A stretch of 63,642 nt of DNA, counting the filler, from Phoronis australis (taxonomy: Eukaryota > Animalia > Phoronida), in NCBI GenBank assembly GCA_002633005.1. It is 11 parts of 11 records of this genome, joined end to end, with 100 filler letters (N's around TTAATTAATTAA, not from the genome) between each part and the next. Parts side by side here need not be neighbours in the genome. Positions count along the whole stretch, not along the records: positions 1 to 14,756 come from NMRA01001384.1; positions 14,857 to 17,638 come from NMRA01003426.1; positions 17,739 to 22,624 come from NMRA01002466.1; positions 22,725 to 24,474 come from NMRA01002017.1; 7 more parts are not named here. The stretch is one strand, 5' to 3'. The position numbers were made by a program, and so were the translations under genes. Positions 11,834 to 24,574 of the stretch are shown piece by piece (position 1 is the first letter of the stretch; every line of letters starts with the position of its first letter). The notes under the pieces are model-generated. The model was given only the letters and a program-made list of their open reading frames with translations, was not told the origin of the DNA and ran no database searches.

Positions 11834-13960
11834 GGTGGTCTGAAGCTGTATGATGATCTTATTGCTGGCATGACGTCTGTGAGCGGCGATGTATCGTCGT
11901 CGGAGTGTCTTGCAGGTATCCATAAAAAATCGAAGCACATAAATTAGACCTGTCCTTGCAAAGTCGAATCATTAGTCTTTGGCTACAGTATATGAAGATG
12001 GTTTACATCCTTTGACTTTTTTTAAAAGCAGAAATAACATCAGATCGGGAGCTTCACGCAAAAGCAGTTTCTGAAATGCTGCCTTAATTTGCAGCTGCTG
12101 GTGACATCTCTTATGCAAATTCTGCGGACATATACTTACAGCAGACGCAGCAACTCAAAGACTCCCGTCCAGATGTCATAAGACAAAGTGACAGATTTTA
12201 GGCAGGCTTGTCATATGATCTTGTAAATGAACAAACGCTCCTGAAAAGTATTAAAGCACCAGAAGGTTTAACTAGAGGTTGCGAAATGGGAGATACGCAG
12301 AGTGCACCGTGGCTGCTTTCCTTGCCGGTACGCTCAAGTATAAATTGTGCCATGTAGACTGTGACAAACTTGAGCTGCGAAACATGTCAGCAACATAAAG
12401 AATGTACCCAGGCCAGACAGTCGCGTGACGACAGACATCCGCAGCCTTGTTGAATTCCTCCACAACTGAGACCCATTTTAAAAAGAAACATTACAGAACA
12501 CCGTCACTGGTGTGACTGCAGGCACGCGTGTCAATGCCGAAGACGGCAGAGAAGTGGGGATGATGATTCACTTGTCTCTGGAGGGGTCAAGTGTGAAAGA
12601 CTTCACATTCAGAAAGAAAGACAAGGTTGTGGCAATGACAAGTCAATCAGTTCATGTTGCCAATAGTGATTTTACACAAGTGGATCCACGACTGCTACTT
12701 CAGAGAATCCTGACAACAGTGAAAGTTCATGAAGCCTTTTTTAAGTTTGAGATATGTGTTGGTTCTCCTGCTCTTTTTGATACATCTGGTTTTCCCAGAG
12801 TCTCTAATAAATCAATATTAGCTGATTCAATCTGGTCCAGCGAGGGACTACCTGAGAATTTCACGGTGATGCATGTAATCGACGGCAGTTCTCTCCTTCA
12901 CCATATTCCATGGCCTAGATGTGCAAGGTTTCAGTTGTTTGGCAGAGCTTATGTGGATTATATCAGCAAGTGCACCCAGCCTACTGTTGCTTTTGATGGT
13001 TGTGGAGGTGACCATTCAACTAAAGATGTCTGTCATGTTCGAAGACTGTGTGGGGTGGTTGGAACTGAAGTTCACTCCAATGGTGAAATGGTGATCAAGT
13101 CAAAGAAGGAAATTTTTGGCAAAGAGCAAAAACAAACAATGATTCATTCACTTCTTGTCAAGTTTGCTAGGAAATGCTGGTTGCACAGTGGTAAAAGCTC
13201 AAGGCGACGCAGATGTTTTAATTGTAGAAACAACAGTAGAGAACGCAGCACAAGGTCCAACTACCCTTATTGCAGACGATACAGACTTGTTAGTTATTTT
13301 GTGTTACCGTGCTACTTCACAACAATTTCCAATGTTCATGAAATTTGACAAGAGGCACCAAAGCAAGAGGAGAGTCAGGGATATCAAGAAACTACAGTTG
13401 TCTCTTGGAGCCAGATCTTGCGCAGTTTTGCCATTTGCGCATGCAAAGGCTCTCCCATTCAAGAAACTGCGTGATCGAGAATTCTGCGAAAACGCTAGAA
13501 TATTCAATAGACCCATGCAACTGAAGCAAGACATATTTTGAGCTGGTAAGAGTTGTGTCTATGCTTTATGGCGGTAGTGGCTCTGGAAATTTGGATAACT
13601 TGCGATGCAGGCGATTTGAAGATGAGGTGTGTCATACTAGCCCCAGTCTAAATAAAGGCATTACCACCGTGACCAAATTTCTTCCGTAGCTAAATTCCAT
13701 TGTGCCGGGACATATCAAGAGCAAGAGTGGTCAAGTTTCCTTGGCAGTAGCCTAGACTCGCTGTATTGGGGACAGATGCTGGAAGGTGGAAAATTTATTC
13801 CCGAGACGACGAACCAGTCAGCAGCACCAGAGAACCTGCTGAAAGTAGTAAGATTGCTCGTGTAAGACCAACTGCAGTTCCAAGAGATGTTCTTGCAAGA
13901 AGTTATGATTGCAGTGGTCGGTTGCATGTGGAGAATGCCGCGATTTAAGCTGCAACAATT
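11834..13960 (+). pseudogene. Decayed large DNA-transposon protein: helical transposase-like region, PIN/FEN1-like nuclease motifs, C-terminal CXC
   Basis: LWLQYMKMV..FLKAE..ELH..MLP*FAAAG..YA; VIDGSSLLH..FDG..STKD; AQGDAD..ADDTDLL; CSCKTNCSSKRCSCKK..CGECRDLSCNN; many stops and frameshifts. Confidence 0.7.
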
Positions 13961-14756
13961 CATTCTCAGTTGACAGAGATTATTTGTGAAAATACTGGTT
14001 GATTGTGTATAGATTTTGATCACACACTGAGAATGGGTGCTACAGACTTGTAACATCACTAAAGAGAAGCCTAGTGGGAGCTGGGCAAGCACTTATATTA
14101 TAAACTGTTTAACTTGCTAAAAATACCTTTCTAAACCTTTCTCCTGTCTCAAATGTTGCTATACTCACTAGCATTTACAACTAACTGGGTGTGACACAGA
14201 CAGTGTGATAGTAGATCACTAAATCAATCGCAAAAAGTTATTTTTGATACAGCACCTTTTTTAGGCGGAGAATGATCCTTCAGTCCAGGCGAACCAGATA
14301 TTTTCACCCAAATAAGTTATTATTCATTAAACAATCTTGAAAATGGTAGTCGTAATCATCAGAGCCAGACAAAAATTATTGTAATAGCCGTGCTGACCTA
14401 AAAAACTCAGGATATGAAATGTGTGAAGAGGGCGTGTCTCTGGAATCTGAAGTTCTTACATGAAGCAACTATTTGGTGGCCATCTTCGAAAATGGTGAAA
14501 ATAATCATTAGAGCCAAATGCAATGAGTCTCAATGGACTAATCGACCCAGAAAACCTATGATGCAATGTTTGAAGAAAGACGACACACTAATCTGCTCGT
14601 GCAAAGTTGTACGACTCGAAGTAGTTTTGGTGACCATCTTGGAAAATGGTGGACGGTGTCACCACAACCATGCAAAACTATTTCCAATGGATTTGATGAC
14701 CCATGAAAGATAGGTAAACATTTTTGAATTTTTACTCCATCACATGCCACTCTCGA

Positions 14757-14856
14757 NNNNNNNNNNNNNNNNNNNNNNNNNNNNNNNNNNNNNNNNNNNN
14801 TTAATTAATTAANNNNNNNNNNNNNNNNNNNNNNNNNNNNNNNNNNNNNNNNNNNN
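14757..14856. other. Artificial contig-join spacer
   Basis: N44-TTAATTAATTAA-N44, exactly 100 nt, stops in all six frames; identical at ten places. Confidence 0.98.
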
Positions 14857-15545
14857 CAAAAATGAGCTAGCACATACATTCGAGGTACCACACAAAACCA
14901 ATTCCATATGATTCAATACATGTCACAGATCACGAAAACCCCTATGACAGACAAAATACACTCTGGGTTGTGCCTGGCAGAAACCCCTAAAAATCTCAAC
15001 CATGGTATGCCATCAAAAATTTGAGCTAGACTAGATTTTAGAGGTACCGGCCAAAACTGATTTTAAACGAACAATAGTACCGCACTGAACACCAAATGAC
15101 CCATGACAGACAAATTGCACTCTGGAATGGGTCCGGCAGAAACCAAAAAGGACCCCCCAAAAATGAGCTAGCACATACATTCGAAGTACCACACAAAACC
15201 AATTCCATATGATTCAATACTTGTCACAGATCACTAAATACCCTATGACAGACAAATTACACTCTGGATTGTGCCCGGCAGAAACCCTCAAAAGTCTTAA
15301 CCATGGTATGCCATCAAAAATTTGAGCTAGACTAGATTTTCGAAGTACGGGCCAAAACTGATCTTAAACAAACAAATGACAGACAAAATACACTCTGGGT
15401 TGTGCCCGGCAGAAACCCCCAAAAATCTCAACCACGGGTTTGCCATCAAAAATTTGAGCTAAACTAGATTTTCGAAGTACGGGCCAAAACTGATCTTAAA
15501 CAAACAATAGTACCACACTGAACTCCAAATGACCCATGCCAGACG
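14857..15545. repeat. Satellite with 301-bp period made of two related subunits (~157 + ~144 bp)
   Basis: CAAAAATGAGCTAG at 14857 and 15158; CAAAAATTTGAGCTAG variant at 15014, 15315 and ~15446. Confidence 0.9.
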
Positions 15546-16100
15546 TGATATGGCCACAGGTGGCGTGCTGACCAGTCCTAAGACTATTCGATAGACAAAA
15601 CGACTCGGAGTTTCCTCGTCATTACTGCTGGGCGGAGGTGGAAATCATCGTCATCGTGCCGAGAATGAAGAAGAATGAACAGAATTAGTTAGTTGGTTAA
15701 GCAAGTAATATGTATTTAAAATTTGTCCGTCCTAATACCAGTAATTAATGTTTGCTATTAACAGAGAATCACCCGCCATGCCGGGAAAAGGATATTTTGT
15801 CCGGTTACTTTTGTTTAGATTGCACACTGCCGAGTAATTGTCTGTATCAGTGTACTATCTCAAACATTCCTATTAAAAGACATTACCGTTAGCTTTTTCC
15901 TCACTGTCTAAAATGCAAATTAGTTATGAAACAGGTTACTGACTCGTCATCGCCTTTATTTCAAGTAAGACCGGCTCAAATACAAATTATAAACAAACGC
16001 AACATGATGTACAAAGCAGCAACAAATTGACTACAGCGCCATTTTGTGCTTCAACTACAAACCTTGATAAGTTATATCAGTTTTATCCGGTCATAACGAA

Positions 16101-16205
16101 ATATTATTTATTTATTTATTTATTAATGTAATATTTACTATGAGGGTAGCCCCATCAGTTCACACCTGCTTTCCATGGGGGTCCTCAGATTGCCTTTATC
16201 ATTTA
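16101..16205 (-). mobile_element. 5'-truncated LINE/SINE 3' end with target-site duplication
   Basis: (TAAA)n tail; flanked by CATAACGAA at 16092-16100 and 16206-16214. Confidence 0.7.
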
Positions 16206-16449
16206 CATAACGAATATCTCAAACCTTTCCGCGCACGACACCATGGCAACATCGGATTCCATTCGCAAATACTTTAGTCAAGGGCCTAAAAATAAAGGAA
16301 GTGACAAATGCCTTGGCGGGGTTGATGAATTCGTCCAAAATTGAGCCGTTCTAGGTCAGTGCGGGGGTGTCTTTATACGTTACGACCAGAATGAAAATAG
16401 TGCACTCGGGTCAATGATATTGACAACGAAATTGGTCGTGGCCAGGAGG

Positions 16450-16885
16450 CAGTGGCGGATCTAGGATATCACAAGGGGGGGGCTCAACATTTTGTCCGGC
16501 AGTAAGCATTTGCGCAAACTGAACCACGATTGTGGATGTGCATAGCAACGAATGGGGGGAGGTCGGGAGGGAGGTTTGCCCCCCTCCCGCCCAGGAAATT
16601 TTTCTGTTTTTACCTCTAAAATTCAAGCATTTTCCTTGATTCCTGAAGTATTATATAAGAAAAAAAGGCAAAAAAAAACGGAGAACGTGTCAAACAGGAA
16701 AAACTGCAAGCAGCAAAGACTCGAACTCACGACCTGGCGGATAAAGCGCGCATGCGTTACCACTACACCACCACGATTTAACTACTACTCGCATACTAAG
16801 AGACCTACTTATTTATGGTCCACAGCGTTTGCGCGCGAAACCTACTTCTTTTTGTAATGCTTATTACACGTTTTATATTTTGTGC
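16450..16885 (-). mobile_element. Family B, copy 3 (right-end portion)
   Basis: Starts CAGTGGCGGATCTAGG; reverse complement of ~3457-3863. Confidence 0.85.
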
Positions 16886-17638
16886 CAGTGGCGGATCTAG
16901 GATATCACAAGGGGGGGCCCAACATTTTNGCGCAAACTGAACCACGATTGTAGACGCGCATAGCACCGAATGGGGGGAGGCAAACCCCCTCCCGCCCAGG
17001 AAATTTTTCTGTTTTTACCTCTAAAAATCAAGCATTTTCCTTGATTCCTGATGTATTATCCAAGAAAAAAGGCAAAAAAGGAGAATATGTCAATCAGGAT
17101 AAACTGCAAGTACCAAAGACTCGAACTCACGACCTTGCGCGTAGTGTGCGCGTGCGTTACCACTACACCTCCACGATTTAACTACTAATCGCATACTAAG
17201 AGATCTACTTGTTTACACAGGCGTCCTCAGCTTCTGATCGTCCCCAATACACTACATATAATGTAGTGTATTGAGGACGATCAGAAGCTGAGGACGCCTG
17301 TGCTTGTTTATGGTCCACAGCGTTTGCTTCTTTTTGTAATGCTTATTACACGTTTTGTGCCATCGATTCTTAAAAAATTTGTCGTATAGTTTAAAATAGT
17401 CTTCAAATGCCCAAAAGATCAAATCCGTTTTTCGTGTTGGCAATAATGACGGGATTGATTTGGAAATCGTCTTAACATAAGGTTTGACAAAGAGAATATT
17501 GCGAGTTTCTGAGTGATTCACTAAGGCTGCGATTAAAATTCACATCTTACCAGCAGCTTCTGTTTTTTCATTGTCACTCAGGTTCCATTTTCTTTAAAAA
17601 ATGAAGTAAATTTTCTTCATTGCACAGTGGAGCAGACG
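16886..17638 (-). mobile_element. Family B, copy 4 (cut by contig end)
   Basis: Second CAGTGGCGGATCTAGG terminus; reverse complement of ~3192-3863. Confidence 0.85.
17216..17302. mobile_element. 87-bp palindromic insertion with 8-bp TSD (hAT-like mini element)
   Basis: 42-bp arms with 1 mismatch, ATA loop, CA...TG ends, CTTGTTTA duplicated at 17208-17215 and 17303-17310; absent from paralogous copies. Confidence 0.9.
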
Positions 17639-17738
17639 NNNNNNNNNNNNNNNNNNNNNNNNNNNNNNNNNNNNNNNNNNNNTTAATTAATTAANNNNNN
17701 NNNNNNNNNNNNNNNNNNNNNNNNNNNNNNNNNNNNNN
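17639..17738. other. Artificial contig-join spacer
   Basis: N44-TTAATTAATTAA-N44. Confidence 0.98.
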
Positions 17739-17973
17739 CATTCAAAATGATTTTTTCGCGACGCGATGAGTCATCGAAATAGGCAAACACTGCAATAGGC
17801 GTTACGAACAAGTGTTGTGTACCACAAAATGCTAGACACCGATAATAGTTATTTTTACTTCATATTTTTCAGACATTATTATTATTAGTTGAATTTGTAA
17901 AGCTATTGCGTCTGCCACGATGCCAATTCAGCTGTAGTTAGAAACATGTTGACTCAGACATTGTGTCTTACAC

Positions 17974-18109
17974 AATGGGTAACGCACCAACGGGTAGGGG
18001 GCTATAGCTATCAAATTATTTCAGTGCTGTGCCGCCCACTGTCTATTGGTGCACCACAAGGAGGCTGGAGGCCGTAGCCCCCACTTTTTGCAGTGCTGCT
18101 TCGTCCATG
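17974..18109 (+). mobile_element. Two degenerate tandem copies of mini-MITE family C
   Basis: GGGGGCTATAGC..TTTCAGTGCTGTGCCGCCCACTG and GAGGCTGGAGGCCGTAGCCCCCAC..CAGTGCTGC..CCATG. Confidence 0.55.
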
Positions 18110-20444
18110 TTACACGATGCTAACTGCTAATCTCACTTCGGCAAAAATGCAGTCTCTTCAAAAGTCCACATATTTCATAGTTACTGAGATAACTTCTGTT
18201 TCCCATAATTTCCTCGTTGAACATTTATTCATCAATTGTATAGCAGAAGGGCAAATTTGAATTTTCACTTTAAAACGGGCAATACAGCCACGCCTTTTTA
18301 TTCTGCCCAAAATATCTTTTGATCAAACCCTTACAGTTATAAAACCGGTCCCATGTTGTTCCTTACTGAGATTAGAAATTGGCTGAGAAAAAGTGACAGA
18401 TCGTTGTTGCTTTCGACTATGCCATTAAGTCAGTGTACGTCACGACGGGTGAGTTTGGTCGCGTAGGCAATATGTCGTCAAGGGAATTCCAGACGACTTA
18501 TTGTAACAAATTTCTATTCAAACAAAAGAAAAAACTCGTAGTAGCGTTGTTTTGGGAGAGCGTAGACGCCTGTGAAAAACTGACGCGCTTTGAGACCCGT
18601 GCATAATTCATAGCGGCTTTACCTCACTCGTCAACATTTTAATAACTGTGAGAAATATTGTACTTCTTCGTCATCATCATCGCCGTCATCGTCAGTGTGA
18701 CGTATATCATCCTTGGTAAGACTACCATCATCATACATGTAATTAGGCTATGAAGGACCTTATCGTCATGTCTGAGTATTCAGTCAATATTCTACAAAAT
18801 ATATGTGAAAGTGCGAAAGTAGAAACCATGTAGAACTTGATTTATGACCTTTTATCGATTTGCATAATTGTGTCACGTGACCTAATGTTTTGAGTAAAGA
18901 TTATCGAAAAGGATAGATGTATTAAAAACAGAAAAGTTTCGTTTGATATACATGTAAATGATCAAGACGAAATCTAAAAAGGCACCGTTGCAGTTTTCTA
19001 AGGCATCATTTCTTTTACGTTTTATACAACTTTTTGTTTTTTTTTCATAAAAATCACAAAGGTACTATTTTTGATAGCCGCTCAAAAGTGGATCATTTTA
19101 TAAACAATTACTAAGAGTGTTTTGGAGAACTTTGCACAGCGATATGGCTACATTGAGATATGATGTTTCAACGTTTGCCATATTTGGACATGTCCTAAAA
19201 CATTACGTTGCCGTCAGTCATCGTTGACGTCATGGTACGGTGCAGTCAACGCTTTCCTCAATTTTCTTCAATGAATTTTAGTGTTGCACTCTTTACGTAA
19301 TGTCTCTGGACCCGAGTTTGACGAATAACGCAATTATTCAAATTACACAAACCATTTTCCCTATTCTACATCACAACGAATCATTATTTTTGATCCGCCT
19401 ACAAAAAATCCCAAATTCATGTGACGTTACGTTCTCTAGTAATACTCGCTGTTGTCATCAGATATTTTTTAAACATTGCCGATCAAATGCCAGTGATGTC
19501 AACTTGTTATCAAAAAAATAAAATAAAAAATTGTAAAAACTCGTGAACTCTTGTCTAGTTTCAATTCCAAACAATTCAAAGCCAATTAAAATGCCAAAAA
19601 GGAGGAACCAGCAACCTTAAAAATATACTAAACGCTGTTCTTCACAGATTTCTCCCCAAAACGTGTGTTCGTTCGTTAGACGCGAAAAACCCACGAAAAC
19701 GCAAGATATCATAAGACTTTGCGAGAAGTCGTCATGTATCACAAGTGAAGTACGTGTCACACTAGCTTCCATATTGCGATATTTGTGTGCTTACGGAACT
19801 CAGCACGGGTTCCGTCATATGTTGTTGTAGACAGAGGACTTCCCATGAGAGACAGGCCAATCGACTAAATTCACAGCTTTTCTGTTAGCATTGCTAAGAC
19901 TAGCTTTGGCAATATCCATCACCAGTGTCTGTTTACCTGACAGGCATCATTTTTAGAAAAACATGACTCTGAGTCAATTGACCCCCACATGGCTTCAAAT
20001 CTACATTGTATGGGTCAATTTTAGGACTTATGGGCGAATGTCTACTCTTTTTCGATTTAATTTTGGGGCGCATTTAAATGTGCGTCATTTCATTTGCATC
20101 CTATGTACAAAACGCCATTAGTGATCTGAACGAAACACATAAATCCAATGCTCCCAGTCGGGATATCCATTTGTGCAGTATAGTGGACCCCATATCGCTA
20201 AAATTGCTGGTGCTGTCCTGCATTGCAGATTTTGAATGCAAATGCGCCTCGCGAGACCAAACATTTACGTCACACACGAGTAAAGAGCAAGTTGAGACCA
20301 GTTTTATAACGGAACTAGAAATTTAGTTTCTTTGACGTACATGTACAGTAACATGGGTTTATACCCGCTTCAGATACTGCCTTTATGCTTGTCAATATCT
20401 AAGCAAGCAACCCCTGTAGCTCTTTTTTAACGGTTTCCTTTTAG

Positions 20445-20547
20445 GAAGCAGTTGTTCGACAAACACTTAAAAAAGATCTGGGTTTGAAGATCGTTGAAAT
20501 CGACAATGAACGAGCCATTCTGGAGGGAAGAGACGTGCTTTGGACAG
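20445..20547 (+). CDS. DDAH: Dimethylarginine dimethylaminohydrolase, internal exon
   Basis: tttccttttag acceptor, GTAAGT donor; EAVVRQTLKKDLGLKIVEIDNERAILEGRDVLWTG matches the remembered DDAH1 segment ..[25 protein letters not shown]. Confidence 0.8.
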
Positions 20548-22532
20548 GTAAGTGCCTATTTTGCATAGCCACGTTAACCAGGTGTGTCTTCCGTAGTCGC
20601 ACACAAGAAACTCACCGGAAACACTTGAATTGGGGCGATAGAACAGAAACGGTGAATTCTATCTGACAATTCAACATTCCTTCCTCTCTGATTTCACTGG
20701 CTGCCAGTTTACTGGATTGTATTGAAGTAGTAAGGCCCTGAACGTACTCGCGAAAATTTAGCCTTTTACTAGTGTGGTCTCACGTGAAATCATCAAGCTC
20801 GTCCCGTGCGTGTACGTAAAGCAGCTCCCATCAAATTTGAACACATCCTTCCTTGTTTCATGGTCTGCTTTGATTAAGTTTTATTCAGAACGACATAACA
20901 AATCTCAGAGCTTCTTGGAAGAGAAGTGATTCGATTTAATTATATTTAGGCAATGCAGGTGATGCAAATTTAATAAGAACCTCGACCCGTTTGTACTTCC
21001 TCAATAGACGTGTACAAGTCCCGCTATTGTTTGGAGTAGGGTAATTACCGCATTAGCGATATATTCACGGCAATGGAAATGGCTAAAATGAATTCAGATG
21101 TCGTTTACTAAAACCAACTTCCAAACTGTTTGGCCTCTGAAACTGAATTCCTTGTAAAAAGTTCAGTTGTCATCTTCACCTAAGAAATGCGATGAAAATT
21201 AGCCAAAATGGATGCGTTAGGCTTCGGTTCTCTAGTACCCATTGGTGAATGATTTTGGTAACTCTTGGAACCGTGATAGACAATTGATATGCGTCATGCG
21301 AGTCTTGATACTGGAGAAAAGAAAGCGGAAACAATTAACACTGCACTGGACTGATATCTGGATTTATCCTCAATTTATAAATAGTTGTCGTCGAAACCAA
21401 ACGGGAAGTTTTTTTGTCATGGCGAAATGAGGAACCAATGATGTTGTGACTTTTAAAGACACTCTTTACGCTTCATATTGGTTAAAAACTTCCTAAACCG
21501 GATTTAAACGCAAGTTAAGAAGTTAAATTCTGTCGAAACGCAATCCGAAATAACACTAGTTCAACACAACTCCAAACATTTTCAAACAAATAAATTCAAA
21601 ATAATGTTTAGTTTAATTTTTATTTTGATGCTACATCAGCCTCTAAATTATCTGACCTTTTAAATGACAGCTTAACTGCATTATGGGTAGGTCTACTCAT
21701 TCACGTCATACTGAATGACAATTTCGCGGAAACCAGCCCACTTAAAAAAAATAAAATATAGGCAAAAGTAAGGCAAACACCAAAAGGGACTAAGAGTTAC
21801 GAAATCTTTATATTTCACTGACATCCGTCGGCTGACAAAACTCATCCTGTATTCTAAATATTGGTAAATGTAAAGGGAAGCGCGTCTTTAAGAAGTCGAT
21901 CTTCAGACTCATTAGAAAGACAACATTCTTGTTCACGTCAGTGTCACAATATTTCCATTAGCCTCCACTTGATATGAACAAATCGATTTCGCCGAGGCTG
22001 ACGTTTCCTTCACACCATCGGTCTTATTATTCTTGCACGAGTCCATTCCATGTAATCTATCATCCCCCAAGTAGATCGTCTTTTCTCCCGAAGCGAATAG
22101 TTTTCATACTAAAGTTGTCGTTACATAGTACGCGTATGGCTGTTCTGGACCAATAGAGTAAGCCAACTGCTGTTTAACACTCGTGAACTGGTTGCCATGG
22201 TATTCAGCCTTTACGGCTCGTTTACGGTATAATAAATAAAAGGATAAACAAACATAAAAGTAGTATACTTTTTATGAAAGAATGAATTGATAAAAGGTAA
22301 CTGAAATAATAATTTACAAAGCTATAACAGCATTTTTGAGATTTCATCTTGGAAGTTCATATTCAAACGAAATGTGGTCATATTATTGCTAAAGATGTTA
22401 TGGCATGAAATTATTTTTCCGTTTTAGCTACATTTTACTAAAACACATGGTCACAAGACCCAATTTCTACAACCTTGGTAAAAAATCAAACTACACAAAC
22501 TTTATGTTCATAAATACCGGCTAAATACACAG

Positions 22533-22571
<39 letters not shown>

Positions 22572-22624
22572 GTTGTTGTTGTTGTTGTAATATTTACAAT
22601 GAGGGTAGCCCCATCAGTTCACCC
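22533..22624 (-). mobile_element. LINE/SINE 3' tail with (AAC)n(AAT)n end
   Basis: Microsatellite abutting GTAATATTTACAATGAGGGTAGCCCCATCAGTTCAC. Confidence 0.65.
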
Positions 22625-22724
22625 NNNNNNNNNNNNNNNNNNNNNNNNNNNNNNNNNNNNNNNNNNNNTTAATTAATTAANNNNNNNNNNNNNNNNNNNN
22701 NNNNNNNNNNNNNNNNNNNNNNNN
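22625..22724. other. Artificial contig-join spacer
   Basis: N44-TTAATTAATTAA-N44. Confidence 0.98.
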
Positions 22725-24474
22725 AAATTCGAAAGAGATTATTATTTCGCTTTTTCTCAATAAATACGCTCATTTGTAGTCGAAATGGACGAGGAAGAAG
22801 ATTTTGAAGTTAGAATTTAAAAAAATATTGTAAAATAATTATTTTAGCCAAAAAGTTGAGCTACAAACTCGGAAAACTTGCTTCGTTTGATTCACGGAAT
22901 ATCCCGATAATCGGCAAATTGCGAGGCCTCTTGTATCGGTATGTGTGTCACAGGCCTAACCTATAAGCAACGACTTTTTTGATTTGTGGATTGCTTACTT
23001 CATCTAATTCCAGCTATTTACGGCTAAATATTTACTGTTGACAAAATGGCAAAGCATGAGTGGTCGCGTATTCCGAGCTGTGAAGAAAGTAGCTTCTGAA
23101 AGAAGGGAACATCTGTTTTTGCCACGTTATTCCAAAGAAGGACTATGTCTTATAAAAGGGACCATGGAATTTGTAATGCAAGTTGTATAGCGTGTTGTTT
23201 TTTGCTGACATGGTGACTGCAGTGACTTCATAGCAAGTTGAGCTGACGATAATACTCGAGCCACAGTCGAGCCTTGAGCCTCAAGGTCTTTTCGCATGCA
23301 GTACGGTGGTACGTGTTCACAGACACTTGCAATGAATAATTATTCAAAACTTTTGTGAGTGGTTAAGAAAACATCGTCTGGTGCAAAACATTGTCCAGTG
23401 CAGATTCATCAACACATTTTTGCAGATATATTTTTGTGTTAAGAAATAAGGTGTACATTAGCCATGTATTAACATAACTAAGTTCAGTAAGGACATTTTG
23501 TATTGATTAACCGGATCTTTTCACTAAGCGCGTTGTCCCTCAACTAAACAACTTAAATTAGTCTGAAAATTGGTGGTCAATTCACTACGTGTATATTAGA
23601 AAATGTTTCAGAGGCAAGTAAGTAGGAAAAGTACCCATGCACGTAGCCAGGGGGGCTTGAATGAGTTCCCCATTTGGCGAAGTGGGCAAAAAGAGTCCTG
23701 AGAGAAACCAAAAGTCCGAGAAAACAGACAAAAATCCACTAAAGAGGCAAAAATTCGGCGAAAGCTCTGAACACTGAGCAGACTTATTGTTTTATTTTTT
23801 TTAGTTAGTGAAAGGTCCATTGCGAAATATTCATGCCCCCCCCTATATTTTAGGGTACATTCGGTCTGTAAGCGAAAATCTGCAAACTAACAAATCTGCA
23901 AATCTGGTGTTCAGAGTATTCCAATGCAGTTTTGGTGGTACACAGGTCTGGTTGTCATGTATTTAATAATTATGGCTTGTTTTTTTTCTCTGGCAAGAAC
24001 TTGTTAAAATACATCAAATTCCCTAACTCAGGGCTTGGAATTTTTCGCGGAAACACGGATTTCTGCTTTTTTCAAATGTTCTGTCTGCGTATTTTATAAT
24101 ATTTCGGCGTAAAAAAAAATCGGATTTGATATAAAATTTCCGTGGCAAATTTCTTTCTTACCGTGGCGTTGCAGACGACGTTCACCTCGAAAAGCGGAAG
24201 TTGCTTTTTATGTTTCGGAGGAACGTAAATTGTCAACATTGCCGGGGCATCTGGGATAGCGTGGTGTGATTTTCAATGGCGTTTCGTGTTATTGTAAACC
24301 GCGGCGACAAATACTAGGCTCTGCAGCCAAAAATGTGTGGGTTGGGAGTGGACGGACGAGCTAAAAGGATGCAGACGCATGCTACTGATGGTGGTAACGT
24401 TTTTTTTTTGTTTTTTTTTAGTCCTCCCGATTTTTGTTGGGGAAAGGTTCACATCGACCATTTCAAGGCTGGGT

Positions 24475-24574
24475 NNNNNNNNNNNNNNNNNNNNNNNNNN
24501 NNNNNNNNNNNNNNNNNNTTAATTAATTAANNNNNNNNNNNNNNNNNNNNNNNNNNNNNNNNNNNNNNNNNNNN
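24475..24574. other. Artificial contig-join spacer
   Basis: N44-TTAATTAATTAA-N44. Confidence 0.98.

Noticed and set aside
14801-14812. TTAATTAATTAA palindrome recurring ten times as a biological motif
   Set aside because: Always centred in an N44/N44 pad; it is a six-frame-stop linker. ORFs ending XXXLIN are artefacts of it.
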